Origin: Octopus vulgaris
Taxonomy: Eukaryota
Direction: 5' to 3'
Length of the DNA: 64,000 nucleotides
Assembly: GCA_951406725.2 (NCBI GenBank)
Contig: OX597823.1
Location: 73,780,001 to 73,844,000 of the forward strand
Made by a program: the position numbers and the translations under genes. Positions 25,169 through 37,660 of this stretch are shown here, one piece after another; position 1 is the stretch's first letter, and each line of letters opens with the position of its first letter. The notes under the pieces were generated by a model. It was not told where the DNA came from, made no database searches, and saw only the letters and a list, made by a program, of their open reading frames with translations.

Positions 25169-25241
25169 AGGTTCCAGTGAGTTTTGAACTCACGACCTTC
25201 TGTGTGTTAAGCAGATGTGATAGCCACTACACCATGGAACC
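25169..25241 (-). pseudogene. tRNA-Val-like retrocopy (AAC anticodon), fused to a SINE
   Basis: GGTTCCATGGTGTAGTGGCTATCACATCTGCTTAACACACAGAAGGTCGTGAGTTCAAAACTCACTGGAACCT: perfect 7-bp acceptor and 5-bp T stems, one anticodon-stem mismatch, T discriminator; lies inside a TSD with the SINE. Confidence 0.85.
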
Positions 25242-25511
25242 AGCTATATTAGCTTATTTATTCACATTGTTTTGAATTAATCTGAATGCTAAATCATTAG
25301 AGATGCTTTAGCATTTAAACCAGACATATCTGGCCAAAATAATCTAACTGGCAAGATCCGGCCTCTCCCATTTACCCTACAATATTATTCTAAAAAGAAA
25401 TAATGGCAACATTTAAATCTCAAAGCTACAAAGTGAGGCATGACTAATTCATATCAATCTGAATAAACAAGCATTACATTTAACAAAGAAATGTAAATAC
25501 TGTAGGGTTAA

Positions 25512-25725
25512 CCCTTTCGTTACTGTATTTATTTTGAGATGCTCTGTGTTCCTTTCAATTATTTTAAATATAACAAAGAATTTAGTAAAATAACTTAGCA
25601 ATCATTAAGCTGGTGTTAGGAACATAAATTGTGACTAAGGTTTGGTGGGAGATTTTAATTCAAAACTTATGAAAACAAGACATTTGTATTCAGAGCCGGT
25701 TTCAGCCGGGTTGGTAATGAAAGGG
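25512..25725. mobile_element. piggyBac-type MITE
   Basis: TTAA-CCCTTTCGTTAC...GTAATGAAAGGG-TTAA; second copy in opposite orientation at 45392-45611. Confidence 0.88.
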
Positions 25726-25904
25726 TTAAACAGCTACAGACTTATTTGATTGCTGAATTTTAGTTAATGTACCAAAGTGTAAGCTTTGGGTTTCCATTTG
25801 CATTCTACTGATTTCTCATATCCACGATTAATCTGTATTAAAATACATAAAAACTGTTTTCCCAGTAACTATTTTCTTAATTTTTTTTCTATTTTTTTTT
25901 TCAG

Positions 25905-25952
25905 CCAAGAGAACAGATCAACTCTGATCAAAGATTGAAATATTTGTTTGAT
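25905..25952 (+). CDS. SF3A3: SF3A3 coding exon 2
   Basis: Poly-T tract + CAG acceptor; PREQINSDQRLKYLFD; donor GTAAGT; 48 nt, phase 0/0. Confidence 0.95.
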
Positions 25953-26205
25953 GTAAGTTAACATTTACTCTTTTACTCCTTTACTTGTTTCAGTCATTTG
26001 ACTGTGGCCATGCTGGAGCACTGCCTTTAGTCGAGCAAATCAACCACAGGACTTATTCTTTGTAAGCCTAATACTTATTCTATCGGTCTTTTGCTGAACC
26101 GCTAAGTTACGGGGACGTAAACACATCAGCATTGGTTGTCAAGCGATGTTGGGGGGACAAACACAGACACACAAACATATACACACACATACATATATAT
26201 ATATA

Positions 26206-26462
26206 TCTCTCTCTATATAAACGGCAGTTTGTCTGTGCGTGTTTCTGTGTGTCTGTTTTCTCGTACCCTCACTTTGACCACGGCTTTCAACCGATTCTGA
26301 TGAAACTTGACACACACATAGCCCAATGTCATAATTCAAAACTAACGCAGCGAAAATTTTGAAAAGTTCCCATTTTTTTGCTATTTTTTGGCTATAACTC
26401 TCTAAAAATGCTTTATAGTTATTTCCCTTACAAACCTGAGCAACGCCGGGCGATACTGCTAG
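26206..26462 (+). mobile_element. Non-autonomous Helitron inserted in a SINE
   Basis: 5' TC, 3' CTAG, subterminal hairpin CC(T/C)GAGCAACGCCGGG, inserted between A and T with no TSD. Confidence 0.8.
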
Positions 26463-27022
26463 TATATATATACAATGGGCTTCTTTCAGTTTCCATCTAC
26501 CAAATCCACTCACAAGGCTTTGGTCAGTCCAAGGCTATAGAAGACACTTGCCCAAGGTGCCACGCAGTGGGACTGAACCTGGAACCATGTGGTTGGTAAG
26601 CAATCTACTTACCACACAGCCACTCCTACGCCTATATTTTCATTTTCATTCTGTTTTAATTTCATTGGTTTGTTGTATTGAAAGTTGGATCATTACTGTA
26701 ATCCTGATTACCTAATGAATGAGGAACAAGCCATATCGCATCGCTAGTGCTACAGAGTCTGTAATCAAAATATTTCATTCTCAACTAGCTGCTGCTGCTG
26801 TCTTGTAATGTTAAGTCATCTCTAATCCAGCAGAGTTTTAAGAAACAGATAGTCAGCTAATAACCAGGCTCTACCTACAAATTCGTTGTTCTAGATTTAC
26901 TATGCCTCTGTCAAGATGAGGATTATACTGCACACTTTGGGTTGTAGTGTTGCAATCTAGACATGTGCTTTTATCTAAGTCCAGTCTGCTTTTGTGTGCT
27001 TTGCAGAGGTGATCAATGTATA

Positions 27023-27510
27023 TCATAAATCCTTGAGTATAATCTGCATTTTTTCCCCAAAATTTAAAGGTCAAAATCCCTAGTGCATACTATATACGAG
27101 GTTAAAAATGAAAAATATTTTCTGAGCAATGTCCGAATCTCTATTTGCTGTCCGGCAATGTTTATTGAGATGCATTTTGTGATGTTGGGCGCGAAAATAC
27201 CTTAAGCTAAGCCTGAAAGCAATGAAGTCATAAAAGAATCATCCATATTTATTAAAATAAAAGTATTTAGAACACAAAATAACATGTAACAAAAACAATT
27301 TGCAAACATATTTACATTCCCATATAACAGTTAAGAACATCACCATTATTGTATTACGCATGCGCAGAAGTGTTTGTTCGACTAGGTGCTGCTGGCTTAA
27401 TTATGCACGACTCAAGTTAGAGAAGGGGTGCATATTATACACAAGGTTTAAGTTTTTCAGAGGTACAGCCCCCTAAAAATCCCCTGCGGATTATACTCGA
27501 GGATTTACGG
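27023..27510. mobile_element. Tc1/pogo-superfamily MITE
   Basis: TAAATCCTTGAGTATAATCTGCA...TGCGGATTATACTCGAGGATTTACGG, TA flanks; left TIR CpG-decayed. Confidence 0.8.
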
Positions 27511-28150
27511 TACTCAGTCAGAGTGTATCAGTTACTCTTCCTTTTCAGTTATCATTGCTCATGAAAATCCTAACTTTGTGTTTAAGGTTAATGAGGCTAC
27601 CACAATTTTCCTGGACCCTCACCAGTGGCTTGTGTGCTCCACGTTGGGAATCACTGATCTATTTCATACTGTTTGTTTACAACTAGATGGACTTGTTCAG
27701 ATTTTGTGTTTAGTGTCTGGCTATGATATCTGAGCAGGGCTAGTTTGACTGTACAAGCATTATTGACACCCAATCAATTTAGCTGTTTGAGATACACTAG
27801 TTGTGGGAAAGATATTTGGAATAATTTATGAAACTAAAACTAATTGATTTATCTTTCTTCATGTTAACCTTGAAGTATCTTTACTCTTTTGAACTCAGTG
27901 TAACTCTTACTTCATGGTCCATCCTCATTGTCCGTTTTCCATACTGGCATGGGTTGGATGATTTGACCAGAGCTGGCAAGCCAGAGAGCTGCACTAGGTT
28001 CCAGTCTGATTTGGCTTGGTTTCTGTAGGTGGATGCCCTTCCTAATGCTAACTGCTTTACAGTGTGTTCTTAGTGCTTTTAACATTTTAATGAATAATAA
28101 TCATTTTGTAAACTATGAACATTTGGGTTTTTTTCTCTTTCCTTTTGCAG

Positions 28151-28203
28151 AGATCTGTTGCTTGCACCAATGAACTAAGGGAGCTTTATGAAGATAAAGA
28201 TGG
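28151..28203 (+). CDS. SF3A3: SF3A3 coding exon 3
   Basis: TTTTGCAG acceptor; RSVACTNELRELYEDKD(G); donor GTATGT; 53 nt. Confidence 0.95.
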
Positions 28204-28313
28204 GTATGTTTGCTACAAGCTGATTTACTTTATTCAAAATAATTTTTTCTCCTGTTTTGTTCTTTTGACACTTTTAATGCTTATGTTACTGCAAGAATAT
28301 ATCATTGTAAATA

Positions 28314-28711
28314 TCTTTATATATAAAAGATAAGTTGTGTGTCTGTCTCCTACGATTTAGATTCCTAACTACTCCTACATTTTGCGGTGCAGTTTAACCA
28401 AAACCGGGTATCTTATAGCCGTGATTCATATCGAGCCCTTCTGGGTATTAGCGCGCGTCTACGATGAGTCTACGATTTAAAAAAAAATTTAACATCATTG
28501 TTTTCCATTTTAATGCATTTTTTCGCTAATATATAAGGGAAGTAACTCTCTGAATATGTCTACGATGAGTCAACGATTTAAAAAAAAATTTACCATAATT
28601 TTTTTCCCATTTTTAATGCATTTTTGGGCTATTTTTGGGCTATAACTCTCTAAAAATGCTTAAATAGTTATTTCCCATACAAACCCGAGCAACGCCGGGC
28701 GATACTGATAG
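28314..28711 (+). mobile_element. Non-autonomous Helitron
   Basis: TCTTTATATATAAA start; CCCGAGCAACGCCGGGCGATACTGATAG end; internal ~100-bp duplication. Confidence 0.78.
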
Positions 28712-29253
28712 TTGTAAATAAAAAGCAAAACAAGGCCACTACCTCATTCAGTAATCTAAAGAATTAAGTAATTAAAACCTAAGCTGCACTTTTATTTTAA
28801 TACATATTTTAATATATAAATGAAGTGAGTTCATGGCTTGCAGGACGGCCTGCTGTGCTAACCTTGGATCGTAGATTGACTCACTGCCCTTGAGGAGATC
28901 TATTGAGTCAAGTACATCAACATCAAAATAAAAATCAAATGGAAATTGTAATTATGATACCTGTGCTGGTGGCACGTAAAAAGCACCATCTGAACGTGGC
29001 TGATGCCAGCGGTGACACGTAAAAAGCACCAACCAATTGTGGCTGTTTGCCAGCCTCCTCTGGTCCCTGTGCCGGTGGCACATAAAAAGCATCCACTACA
29101 CTCATGGAGTGGTTGGCATTAGGAAAGGCATCCAGCTGTAGAAACACTGCCAGATCAGACTGGAGCCTGGCACAGCCTCCTAGCTTCCCAGACCCCGGTC
29201 GAACTATCCAACCCATGCTGGCATGGAAAACAGACGTTAAACGAGGATGATGA

Positions 29254-29960
29254 GGTGTTCAGGCTAAATTTGAAAGTTTGCATAAAAGGTAAGGAAAACA
29301 CAATATCGCATGCAAAAATAAAAGTATTTTGAAAAAATAAAAAAATAACAAGATTATGGCTAGGAGATAAGTTACTCAAAGTAGCTGCCCTCAGCTTCCA
29401 CCTCAGCTCTAAGATAACTCTGGAACCTGGCACATGTGTACCTCATTTTGTACCTGGGAAGATCTTTGAACTTTCCTTGATCTTGGCCACCAACTCAGCC
29501 TTGGCAGTTGGTGTCTTTCTTAACCATGTGCCACATATAGTAATCCATGGGATTACTATCAAAGGGATTAGGAGGTTAGAAATTGCAACTGGTGAAATTG
29601 TAAAAATTCTCTGACAACCACTTCTCACTTCCAGATGTGTGGCAAGGAGCCAAATCCTGCTGCCACACACATATGGCCTTCCAGCAGCACCCCTCTCCAC
29701 AGTCTCCAGCAGCTTCATATGGCTGTCAGACTTGGATCTAAATCCCTGTTCAAAGATGTGGGGATGAATACCAGCATACAGGCACAGTCTGAACACTTGC
29801 TGTGTTCTTTGCTGCTGGTTATGGTTTCGTAATCTCTGTTGCAGTCATCTGCGTCACATCTTGAAACTTTTACTGTATTCACTGAGCAGCTGTCTTGATG
29901 TTGGCTTTTGATATCCAATATGAATCATCATGATGTAGGTGACTCTCCTAATATTCAAAT
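29254..29960 (-). mobile_element. Tc1/maT-like transposase relic
   Basis: Minus-strand PPNPFDSNPMDYYMW resembles the WPP.SPD.NP.D motif; TIR-like GGTGTTCAGGCTAAATTTGAAAGTTTGCATAAA also at ~53479; boundaries approximate. Confidence 0.6.
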
Positions 29961-30669
29961 GGCTTCCTGTCCTCTATGTCAGCTAACTTGTTCTCAACTA
30001 CAGCTTTAATCTTTATGCTCTCCAATGCCATTGACTCTTCGATAATGCTGCTCCTGAAAAAAAAAGAAACATAAAAAATTCATTAGATTTAGTTCACACA
30101 CCACTTGTACCTTGAGAACCCACCCTGACATCTTGCCTTCACCATTTTATCTTGATTTCCAACTCCACCGCAATTTCTTCTACTTACTCCTACCTGTAGG
30201 TGTGGCTGTGTGGTAAGATGTTTGTTTCCCAACCACATGACTTTGGGTTCAGTCCCACTGCATGGCACTGTGGGCAAGCATTTTCTGTAGCCCACCCCAA
30301 GCTGACCAAAGCCTTGTGAGTGGATTTGGTAGATAGAAACATGACACTGGCATCGGCCGCAATATATTTGTACATTGCTTGTACAACTCTGATAAGTGCA
30401 TAGGCTGTTTAGCTATGTGTGTATCACTGTATCAACCAGACCATCAGATGTTTTGTTGCACTCAGCATCATCATTATCATCATTGTTTGAACGTTTGCCT
30501 TCCATGCTGGCATGGGTGGGACGGTTTGATAGGAGATGACCAAGCAGAAGCCAGCACTACACTTCTGTGTCTTTTTTGGCATACAGACACAAAAGTTTTG
30601 TGCAGGCTTCTGCCTGGCCAGCTCCTGTTGAACTGTCCCACAGGCGGACGTTAAACGATGATGATGGTG

Positions 30670-31520
30670 CTGGTCACATTGCACTTCCATTTCTGTCTTG
30701 ATTGCACCACTCTTTTCCATTTTAACCCAAATTGCTTGACTAAATCATCTTCTCATCATTGGAAAGGCCTTTCAAGTGGTCCTTTTTGATCTCTTGGACA
30801 CCACTTGGCAACTGCACGTGTGCACCTGTTGTCTGTGAACATTGTGACATGTCCGACCCAGCAGAACTTGTGCTTTTGGTATTCTGCAATCACCTCATCC
30901 ACTCCACTCTGTTTTTGAACTAAATCATTTCAAATGTGCTCTTAGTGATGTTCCTAGCACGGATCTTTCTGTGGTACTTTGCGTCACCGCAATTCAATGT
31001 TCTATCCTCTTTATAGTAGCCCACATCTCACTTATAAGAGTGCATGTTGGATGGTGCTATTGAAGAGTTTAGCTCATATGGTATTGTCTATTTTTGTTTT
31101 TAAACTCATCCTTTATTAAGGTAAACACCTTCCACCCTGCTCTTATTCCCTGGGAGATTCCAACATCCATATCACATCGCATATTCACTGTGTTCCCTAA
31201 GTAGGTGTAGTCTTTACCTCTTCAATTTCATCACTTCCCACCTCTATTTGATCTTATGCTACATCTTCCAACCGCATATATTTTGTTTTCATGCGGTTCA
31301 TTTTAAAAACTAGTGCTAATCTATGAGTGCCCAGGTCTGTCAGCATGGTCTGCAGCTGGTCTGTGGTTTCAGTGATGAGTACAATGTCATCTGTGAATCA
31401 GAGGTGTGTTAGTTGCTAGCCATTGATGTCATGTATCCAGTTGATATTCTTGATAACTATTTCTAGGCATGTAATGAAGAGCTTTGTAGAGATGATCCCT
31501 TCTCAATTGGGATCTTTACT
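30670..31520 (-). mobile_element. Degenerate RTE-like LINE reverse transcriptase fragment
   Basis: Minus strand STKLFITCLE...QLTHL*FTDDIVLI (RT F.DD motif) with stops; boundaries approximate. Confidence 0.7.
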
Positions 31521-32121
31521 GGTGGTGATAGCAGAGCTATCCTTTATTTGATATTTATTTGCCACCAGGTTGAAGGATGAGGGGTACAATACAAAACAGT
31601 GTTGAGATTTACATATAATTAAATGATTAAATAAATAGATAATGATAATAATTATAATAATAATAAAAAGTATACAGGGCATACAGTGAAAAGAAAGAGA
31701 AATTTACATAATATACAAAGGTTAACAAAAACAAAAAAGTTGAGGAATGACAGAGATGTAGTCCTCCTGATACAGGATGACTTCTAGGGATAATCGAAGA
31801 ACCCCACTGTCCAAAATCTCCCTGAACAACCAAGGGCAAGTGCCCTCTCCAGTTCCCTTTCTCTGACTCACAAGTTTACACTTGGAGAGCGACCATCCAT
31901 AGTAATAACAATGAATTGTTACTTTATAACTCCCTAAGAATTGCTTTCTTTAAAAATAAATTGTTCTACTTTCATTTTACTAACAACTCTCTTTTGTGCC
32001 ATTATTGTTGTTGAACATGTCACCAAAGCATGGTTACTGTGTATATTACTGTTTGAACAACTGTAAATTTTCTAACTCTTCTACTTGTAACTAGTCAGAC
32101 ATATAATCATCCTTATTTTAG

Positions 32122-32227
32122 GCAAAGGAAAGAAGAGGTGGCTGCCCTGTCTGGCCCTAATGAGTTTGCAGAATTTTATGCCAGGCTGAAAACCCTTAAA
32201 GATTTTCATCGGAAGCATCCCGGCGAA
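32122..32227 (+). CDS. SF3A3: SF3A3 coding exon 4
   Basis: TTTTAG acceptor; (G)QRKEEVAALSGPNEFAEFYARLKTLKDFHRKHPGE; donor GTAAGA; 106 nt restores frame. Confidence 0.97.
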
Positions 32228-32400
32228 GTAAGAATTTTTTTTTCTTGTACTAACTACCCATAGCTTACAGTACTTTCATGAGCTCTCATATGTATCATCG
32301 TATATCCTGCAATATCTATAAAATATTTACATCTTTGTTCTACAATAAGGCACTTACAGAGAAAAGTTGGACCTGATGCTTCTTAGGTCCAACTTTTCTC

Positions 32401-33165
32401 TGTAAGTGCCTTGAGAGAAAAGTTGGACCTAAGCAGCATCAGATGTGGCGTGCAAGAGAGGCGTCTATGCTGGTATGGACACGTAGTAAGAATGGATGAA
32501 GATAGTTGTGTGAAAAAGTGCCACACCCTAGCAGTTGAGGGAACCTGTGGAAGAGGTAAACCCAGGAAAACCTGGGACGAGGTGGTGAAGAACGACCTTC
32601 GCGCTTTAGGTCTCACCGAGGAAATGACCAGAGACCGAGACCTTTGGAAGTATGCTGTGCGCGAGAAGACCCGGCAGGACACGTGAGGCCATAACCCATG
32701 GCCCCTACCTGGGACGTAGTCAGTCCACCTGTGCATACCTTCCTTCTTGGGACACTTGTGAAGACCTGTTGAGACAAGTGAAAATCAAATAAAATCAAAT
32801 CAAATCAAAATCGATGAACATCAATGGAATTTGTATTTTTGTGGTACCAGTGCTGGTGGCACATAAGAAAACCATCCGAACGTGGCCATAGCCAGTACCG
32901 CATCGACTGGCCTCTGTGCTGTGGGCACGTAAAAAACACCATCCGAGCGTGGCCGTTCGCCAACCTCGTCTGGCACCTGTGTCGGTGGCACATAAAAAGC
33001 ACCCACTACACTCACGGAGTGGTTGGCGTTAGGAAGGGCATCCAGCTGTAGAAACACTGCCAGATCAGACTGGAGCCTGGTGCAGCCTTCGGGCTTCCCA
33101 GACCCCAGTTGAACCGTCCAACCCATGCTAGCATGGAAAGTGGACGTTAAACGATGATGATGATG
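32401..33165 (+). mobile_element. 5'-truncated RTE-clade LINE (ORF C-terminus, 3' UTR, (GAT)n tail)
   Basis: RRLCWYGHVVRMDEDS...GRGKPRKTWDEVVKND...DRDLWK typical RTE end; short 3'-end copies also near 12010-12372, 16955-17415, 17610-17860, 28840-29252, 34530-34767, 40462-40719, 43610-43847, 49684-49852, 53580-53890, 62316-62455, 63500-63640. Confidence 0.92.
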
Positions 33166-35429
33166 ACTGCCTGAACTATTCATAATTTAGTTTGAGTGTA
33201 TCAGTCTGTTATACAGTTATAAAGCCCCGATAATCTAACAATAGGAACACATACAGTAGAGTAGGTATGCTGTTTTTCTTTTGACATACTCTAAACACCC
33301 GAGGATTAACACATCTGCTCATAAGCTGGCTTTTACAGAAAAATGTAATTTTCTAATAGTTATTGACAGATTGTCTTTTCAGTAAAAGTCAGCCATACAA
33401 GATATTTTCTTTAATGCAAAAAATTTTCCACTACTTTTTATTTCAATACTTGTCTCTTATATCAATTTTGCGAAAACATTTTCGCACTGTTTGAGGCTAT
33501 GCTTTCTTACCAATTCACTTCTAATGCCTTGTCATGGAAGTACCAAAAAGCCTCTTAAGAGTCTTAAAATTTCACCCACTCACATGCTACCGTAAATGTT
33601 TCTTGTGTCAAAAACACTTCTTGTGCTGTGAGATGATTGAACATTTCTTTGATTTTGTTCTTGAAGTACACAAACATTCCATTTATATTGATTGGATGAG
33701 ATCAAACTTGGGGAAGTTTTCACTTTGTTATTAGTTTTTAGAGAGTAGAGAAGATGGAAGAAGAGAAAAGAACCTGTTGCCCAGAAGCAGTCTCATGTTC
33801 TTACTTTGTCTTCAGCATTTCCATGATAAATTTCATTGATCTTGGCATATAACAAACCATATTGAATGTAAATATGTAGCCTGGCTTAAAATTTTTGCTT
33901 TCATTTCCTTATATTTTCATTGTGATTAAATATAAACGAAGAATGGGCAAAATTGTGCTTTTTTTGTTAGTTTTGAACTTAAAATTTACAGTTTGCAAAG
34001 CTGAAATATTTCAAAAGCCAAACATAAGGAAGGTAATAAATCAAATCTCCCAAAATATTTGAAACTTGAAAATGCAATTTAAACATAAATTGAAATTCAA
34101 TAATGATTGAAATGAAGGGCTAGTCTATAGACCACAGGGCCATCAGTTATTGTAATCTTGTTATAGACATCTTGTTGTGGTGCTAATAAAGGAACATAAC
34201 TTTACTTGCTTCAATTTACCTGTTTGGCAGAAGATGGGTTCCTTTTTTACTTTGTGGTGGTGGGTAACACATCCAATAATTTATGATTTTGTTTTATGGT
34301 TGTTCAAAGAACACAATTCTATACATCGTACACAAATCTGATATACAAGTTGTAAGCAAAAAATAAAAATCTAACACAATGTAGAACTTAACCATACATC
34401 CCCTGATCAGTAATTATCATGAGATATGGTTTCAAGTTCTAATTAGTACTTTTGTATTTCTCCTTCTGTTGAAATCCTATCTATCCAATGACTACATTTA
34501 CATTCAGTATTTGGTGTCATATATTCTTCATGTAAAAAACACCATCCGAGTGTGGCCGTTCGCCAGCCTCGTCTGGCACCTGTGTCGGTGGCACATAAAA
34601 AGCACCCACTACACTCACGGAGTGGTTGGCGTTAGGAAGGGCATCCAGCTGTAGAAACACCGCCAGATCTGACTGGCCTGGTACAGCCTTCGGGCTTCCC
34701 AGACCCCAGTTAAACCGTCCAACCCATGCTAGCATGGAAAGCGGACGTTAAACGATGATGATGATGATACTGGTCTAATAAACAGTTATGAACTATGAGC
34801 TATAACTGGGAATCGATCTTCTGATGCAGATGCTTAGCGAGCACTTATTTTCTCTCTCTATTTCAAATATGCACTATTTGTATATATCTAAAAATATATG
34901 TAAAATTATCTAAAATGTAAACATATATTTACCGTTCGGTACTGGACTAAGAACCAATTAATTTGACATTAGGAAAATACAGATTAATCTCACATTAACT
35001 TCACATTTAAATTATTGGAACTCATCTCTTTGATACACTAAATTTGTTTTGAATAGCATTGGCAATTGAATAAATGTAAATTCTCATCAAGCTGAGTTAT
35101 GTTCACATTAAGCTAAATTCCAATCAAGACAGGTCTAGGATCTGGTTTCAAAAGTTAGACTATAGACAGATGTGAATAAACACTGCATTTTCTCCAGTGC
35201 TTGATCAGTTTTGCTTGTTAGTCTGTAAATTTCAAGCTATCAATACAGAAAGTATCGAAATACATAATGTAGCCTTCTGTTGTTTTGGCTGTCTGTGGAT
35301 TGGCATTCATGCCTTTACATGGCTAATGAGATTAATTTACAAATTGTAGTTGTTGTCTATGTTGCTGTTATAAAAATTGATTAATATTTACCATGTTCCA
35401 TGTTGACTCTCTTTGTTGTTGTTCTTCAG

Positions 35430-35502
35430 ATTAATGTTCCTATGTCTGTAGAGTTTGAAGAATTGGCTAAATTACGAGAAAATACTTCAGAAGAAATGCA
35501 AG
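35430..35502 (+). CDS. SF3A3: SF3A3 coding exon 5
   Basis: TTCTTCAG acceptor; INVPMSVEFEELAKLRENTSEEMQ(D); donor GTACCT; 73 nt. Confidence 0.95.
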
Positions 35503-35928
35503 GTACCTAACTTTTTCTTTCCTTTTTACCCTCTTTTACATTATCAGAACACTACTTGTATAAATTATTTAAGCTCACTATATCACTGGTATAATGATAA
35601 TTGTCTCAATTGTATTTTATTTAATATAAAGAGAGCCAGCCTCAGTAAAACAATAAGAGAATTAATATTTTTAATGTTCCATAGTGTTGATGTATTTTGT
35701 CTGTACATATGTAGAGGTCAGTTTTTAACATTTATCTTTCTCAGTTAAATATTTCAATATCATAACTATCATAACTTTACTGTCCTTTTGTCTATAAATA
35801 TCAGGCTTAATGCCAAAGGAAGACACAAGTTTTTAAAAGGGAAATGAATTTAGAAAACTGGACTTGTTTCTGCCTCATTGTTTTGAGTTCAAATTGCTGT
35901 AGAGTACATTCATCTCTCAGAGAAAATT

Positions 35929-36386
35929 AAATAGATGCCAGTTGTACGTATAAATAGATTCTAGTTATATATATATATCATATATATATATATATATAAA
36001 ACGACTCTCCCCAGACACAACAAAATATGCTTTCGTTTTGGGATTTGGTTTGCAAGATTCTTTATGTGAGTTCGTGTGTTGAAGCATATACTGTTGTGTC
36101 TGTGGAGAGTCATTCTCTTTTAGTGCCTTATAATTTAACACATTCACCGGTAAAATTTCCACTTGTTTCCTTCTTTATTTTTTTAAAATTTTCATTGCGC
36201 CTTGCAACCTTTTTAATCTATATATATATAGATGCTAGTTCTATATATAAATAAATGCCAGTTGTACATATAAATAGATGATAGTTGTATATATAAATAG
36301 ATGCTAGTTGTATATATAAATAGATGCTAGTTGTATGTATAAATAAATGGTAGTTTTATATATAATTAGATGGTAGTTATATATAA
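35929..36386. repeat. 23-bp minisatellite (ATAAATAGATGCTAGTTGTATAT) interrupted by a ~230-bp insertion
   Basis: Units at ~35929-35966 and ~36225-36386. Confidence 0.8.
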
Positions 36387-37660
36387 ATTTAAATACCTAC
36401 ATACCCTCCCTTTGAAAATTAATTTTGTCTCTATGTGAAAACATTTTAAAAACTAGATTTCCTCTGAATTATGTGTTTTACAAATGGTAATTAGTTGGCA
36501 GGGATGTTAAATCTTACAGTTTTATCAACTTAACTCTGTATTTTCATAATTCAAATCCTGTTGGGATTGACTTTTATTGTTGTCCTTCATTAATTGATAT
36601 AAGTACCAGTAACATACTGGTAAGAATTCAGTTAATAGTATCCTGTCTTTATAAAATTTAACCTTGTACCCTGTCATTATGAATCACTTACAGATTCTGC
36701 TAAGGTCCCAAAGATTTAGTTGCTATGTCCTTATTTACAATAATTAGAGGGTTTGTGAACCAAGAGCTATCTGCTTTTGGATCTGTTCCGTTTCTAGTTC
36801 TTTACAAAACATATTACATAATCCTGTTTAATAAGCATGAACATTTCAAAATTTTATCTTGTGGACAGAAGTTGAAAAGTTGAAACTAAGGTGCTGGTTA
36901 ATAATAATTGACTTAATGAATGCTGTATATAGAGCTAACAATTTTATAGACATAATGAATAATGTATATGGAGCTAATGATGGTACTGTATCTTTAGACA
37001 ACTGTGCTAGATGTTTAGAGATCTTTTATCTCCTTTGGATGATAAGCTTTTCCTCTCAGTACCCAATGGTTGATTATGTGATGTGTAGGAGAAACGTGAT
37101 ATTCTTTTATGTTTTATCTTTTACCTGTTTCAGTCATTAGACCGCTGCCATGCTGGGGCATCACCTTGAGGAATTTTAGTTGAGAAAATTGACTCTGGTA
37201 CTTCATTTTTAAAAGCTCCTCCTCTGTTTGTCTGTCTTCCATGCTGGTATGGGTTGGACAGTTTGACAGAGTCAATGAGCCAGAGGACTGCATCAAGCTC
37301 CAATCTCTTCTTTGGCATGGTTTCTACTGCTGGACAACCTTCCTAATGTTAACCACTTCACAATGTGTGGTGGGTGGGTGGGTGCATTTTTCATGACACT
37401 GGTGGTAGCGAGATCACCAAGTAACTTGCAAGACAAAGGGAAAAAAGAAGCACCCTCACAACTGAATTGGATTGTAGTAGATACCACATGGTAGGGGTCA
37501 CATTTGGGATGTCATGCAAACTTCTTAACCATTTGCTATGCTGTGTCCATACATTAATACTTAGACACATACAATTTCAAGGATAAAAGCTGGCAAAATA
37601 GATTTAGATTATTAGATTTGATTGGTTGTTGTTGATGTAATTTTTCTTTTTCCCTTTTAG

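Noticed and set aside
28115-28333. ORF-track ORFs overlapping SF3A3 exons (also 35455, 46642, 53947)
   Set aside because: Explained by spliced exons running into intron sequence or by other frames
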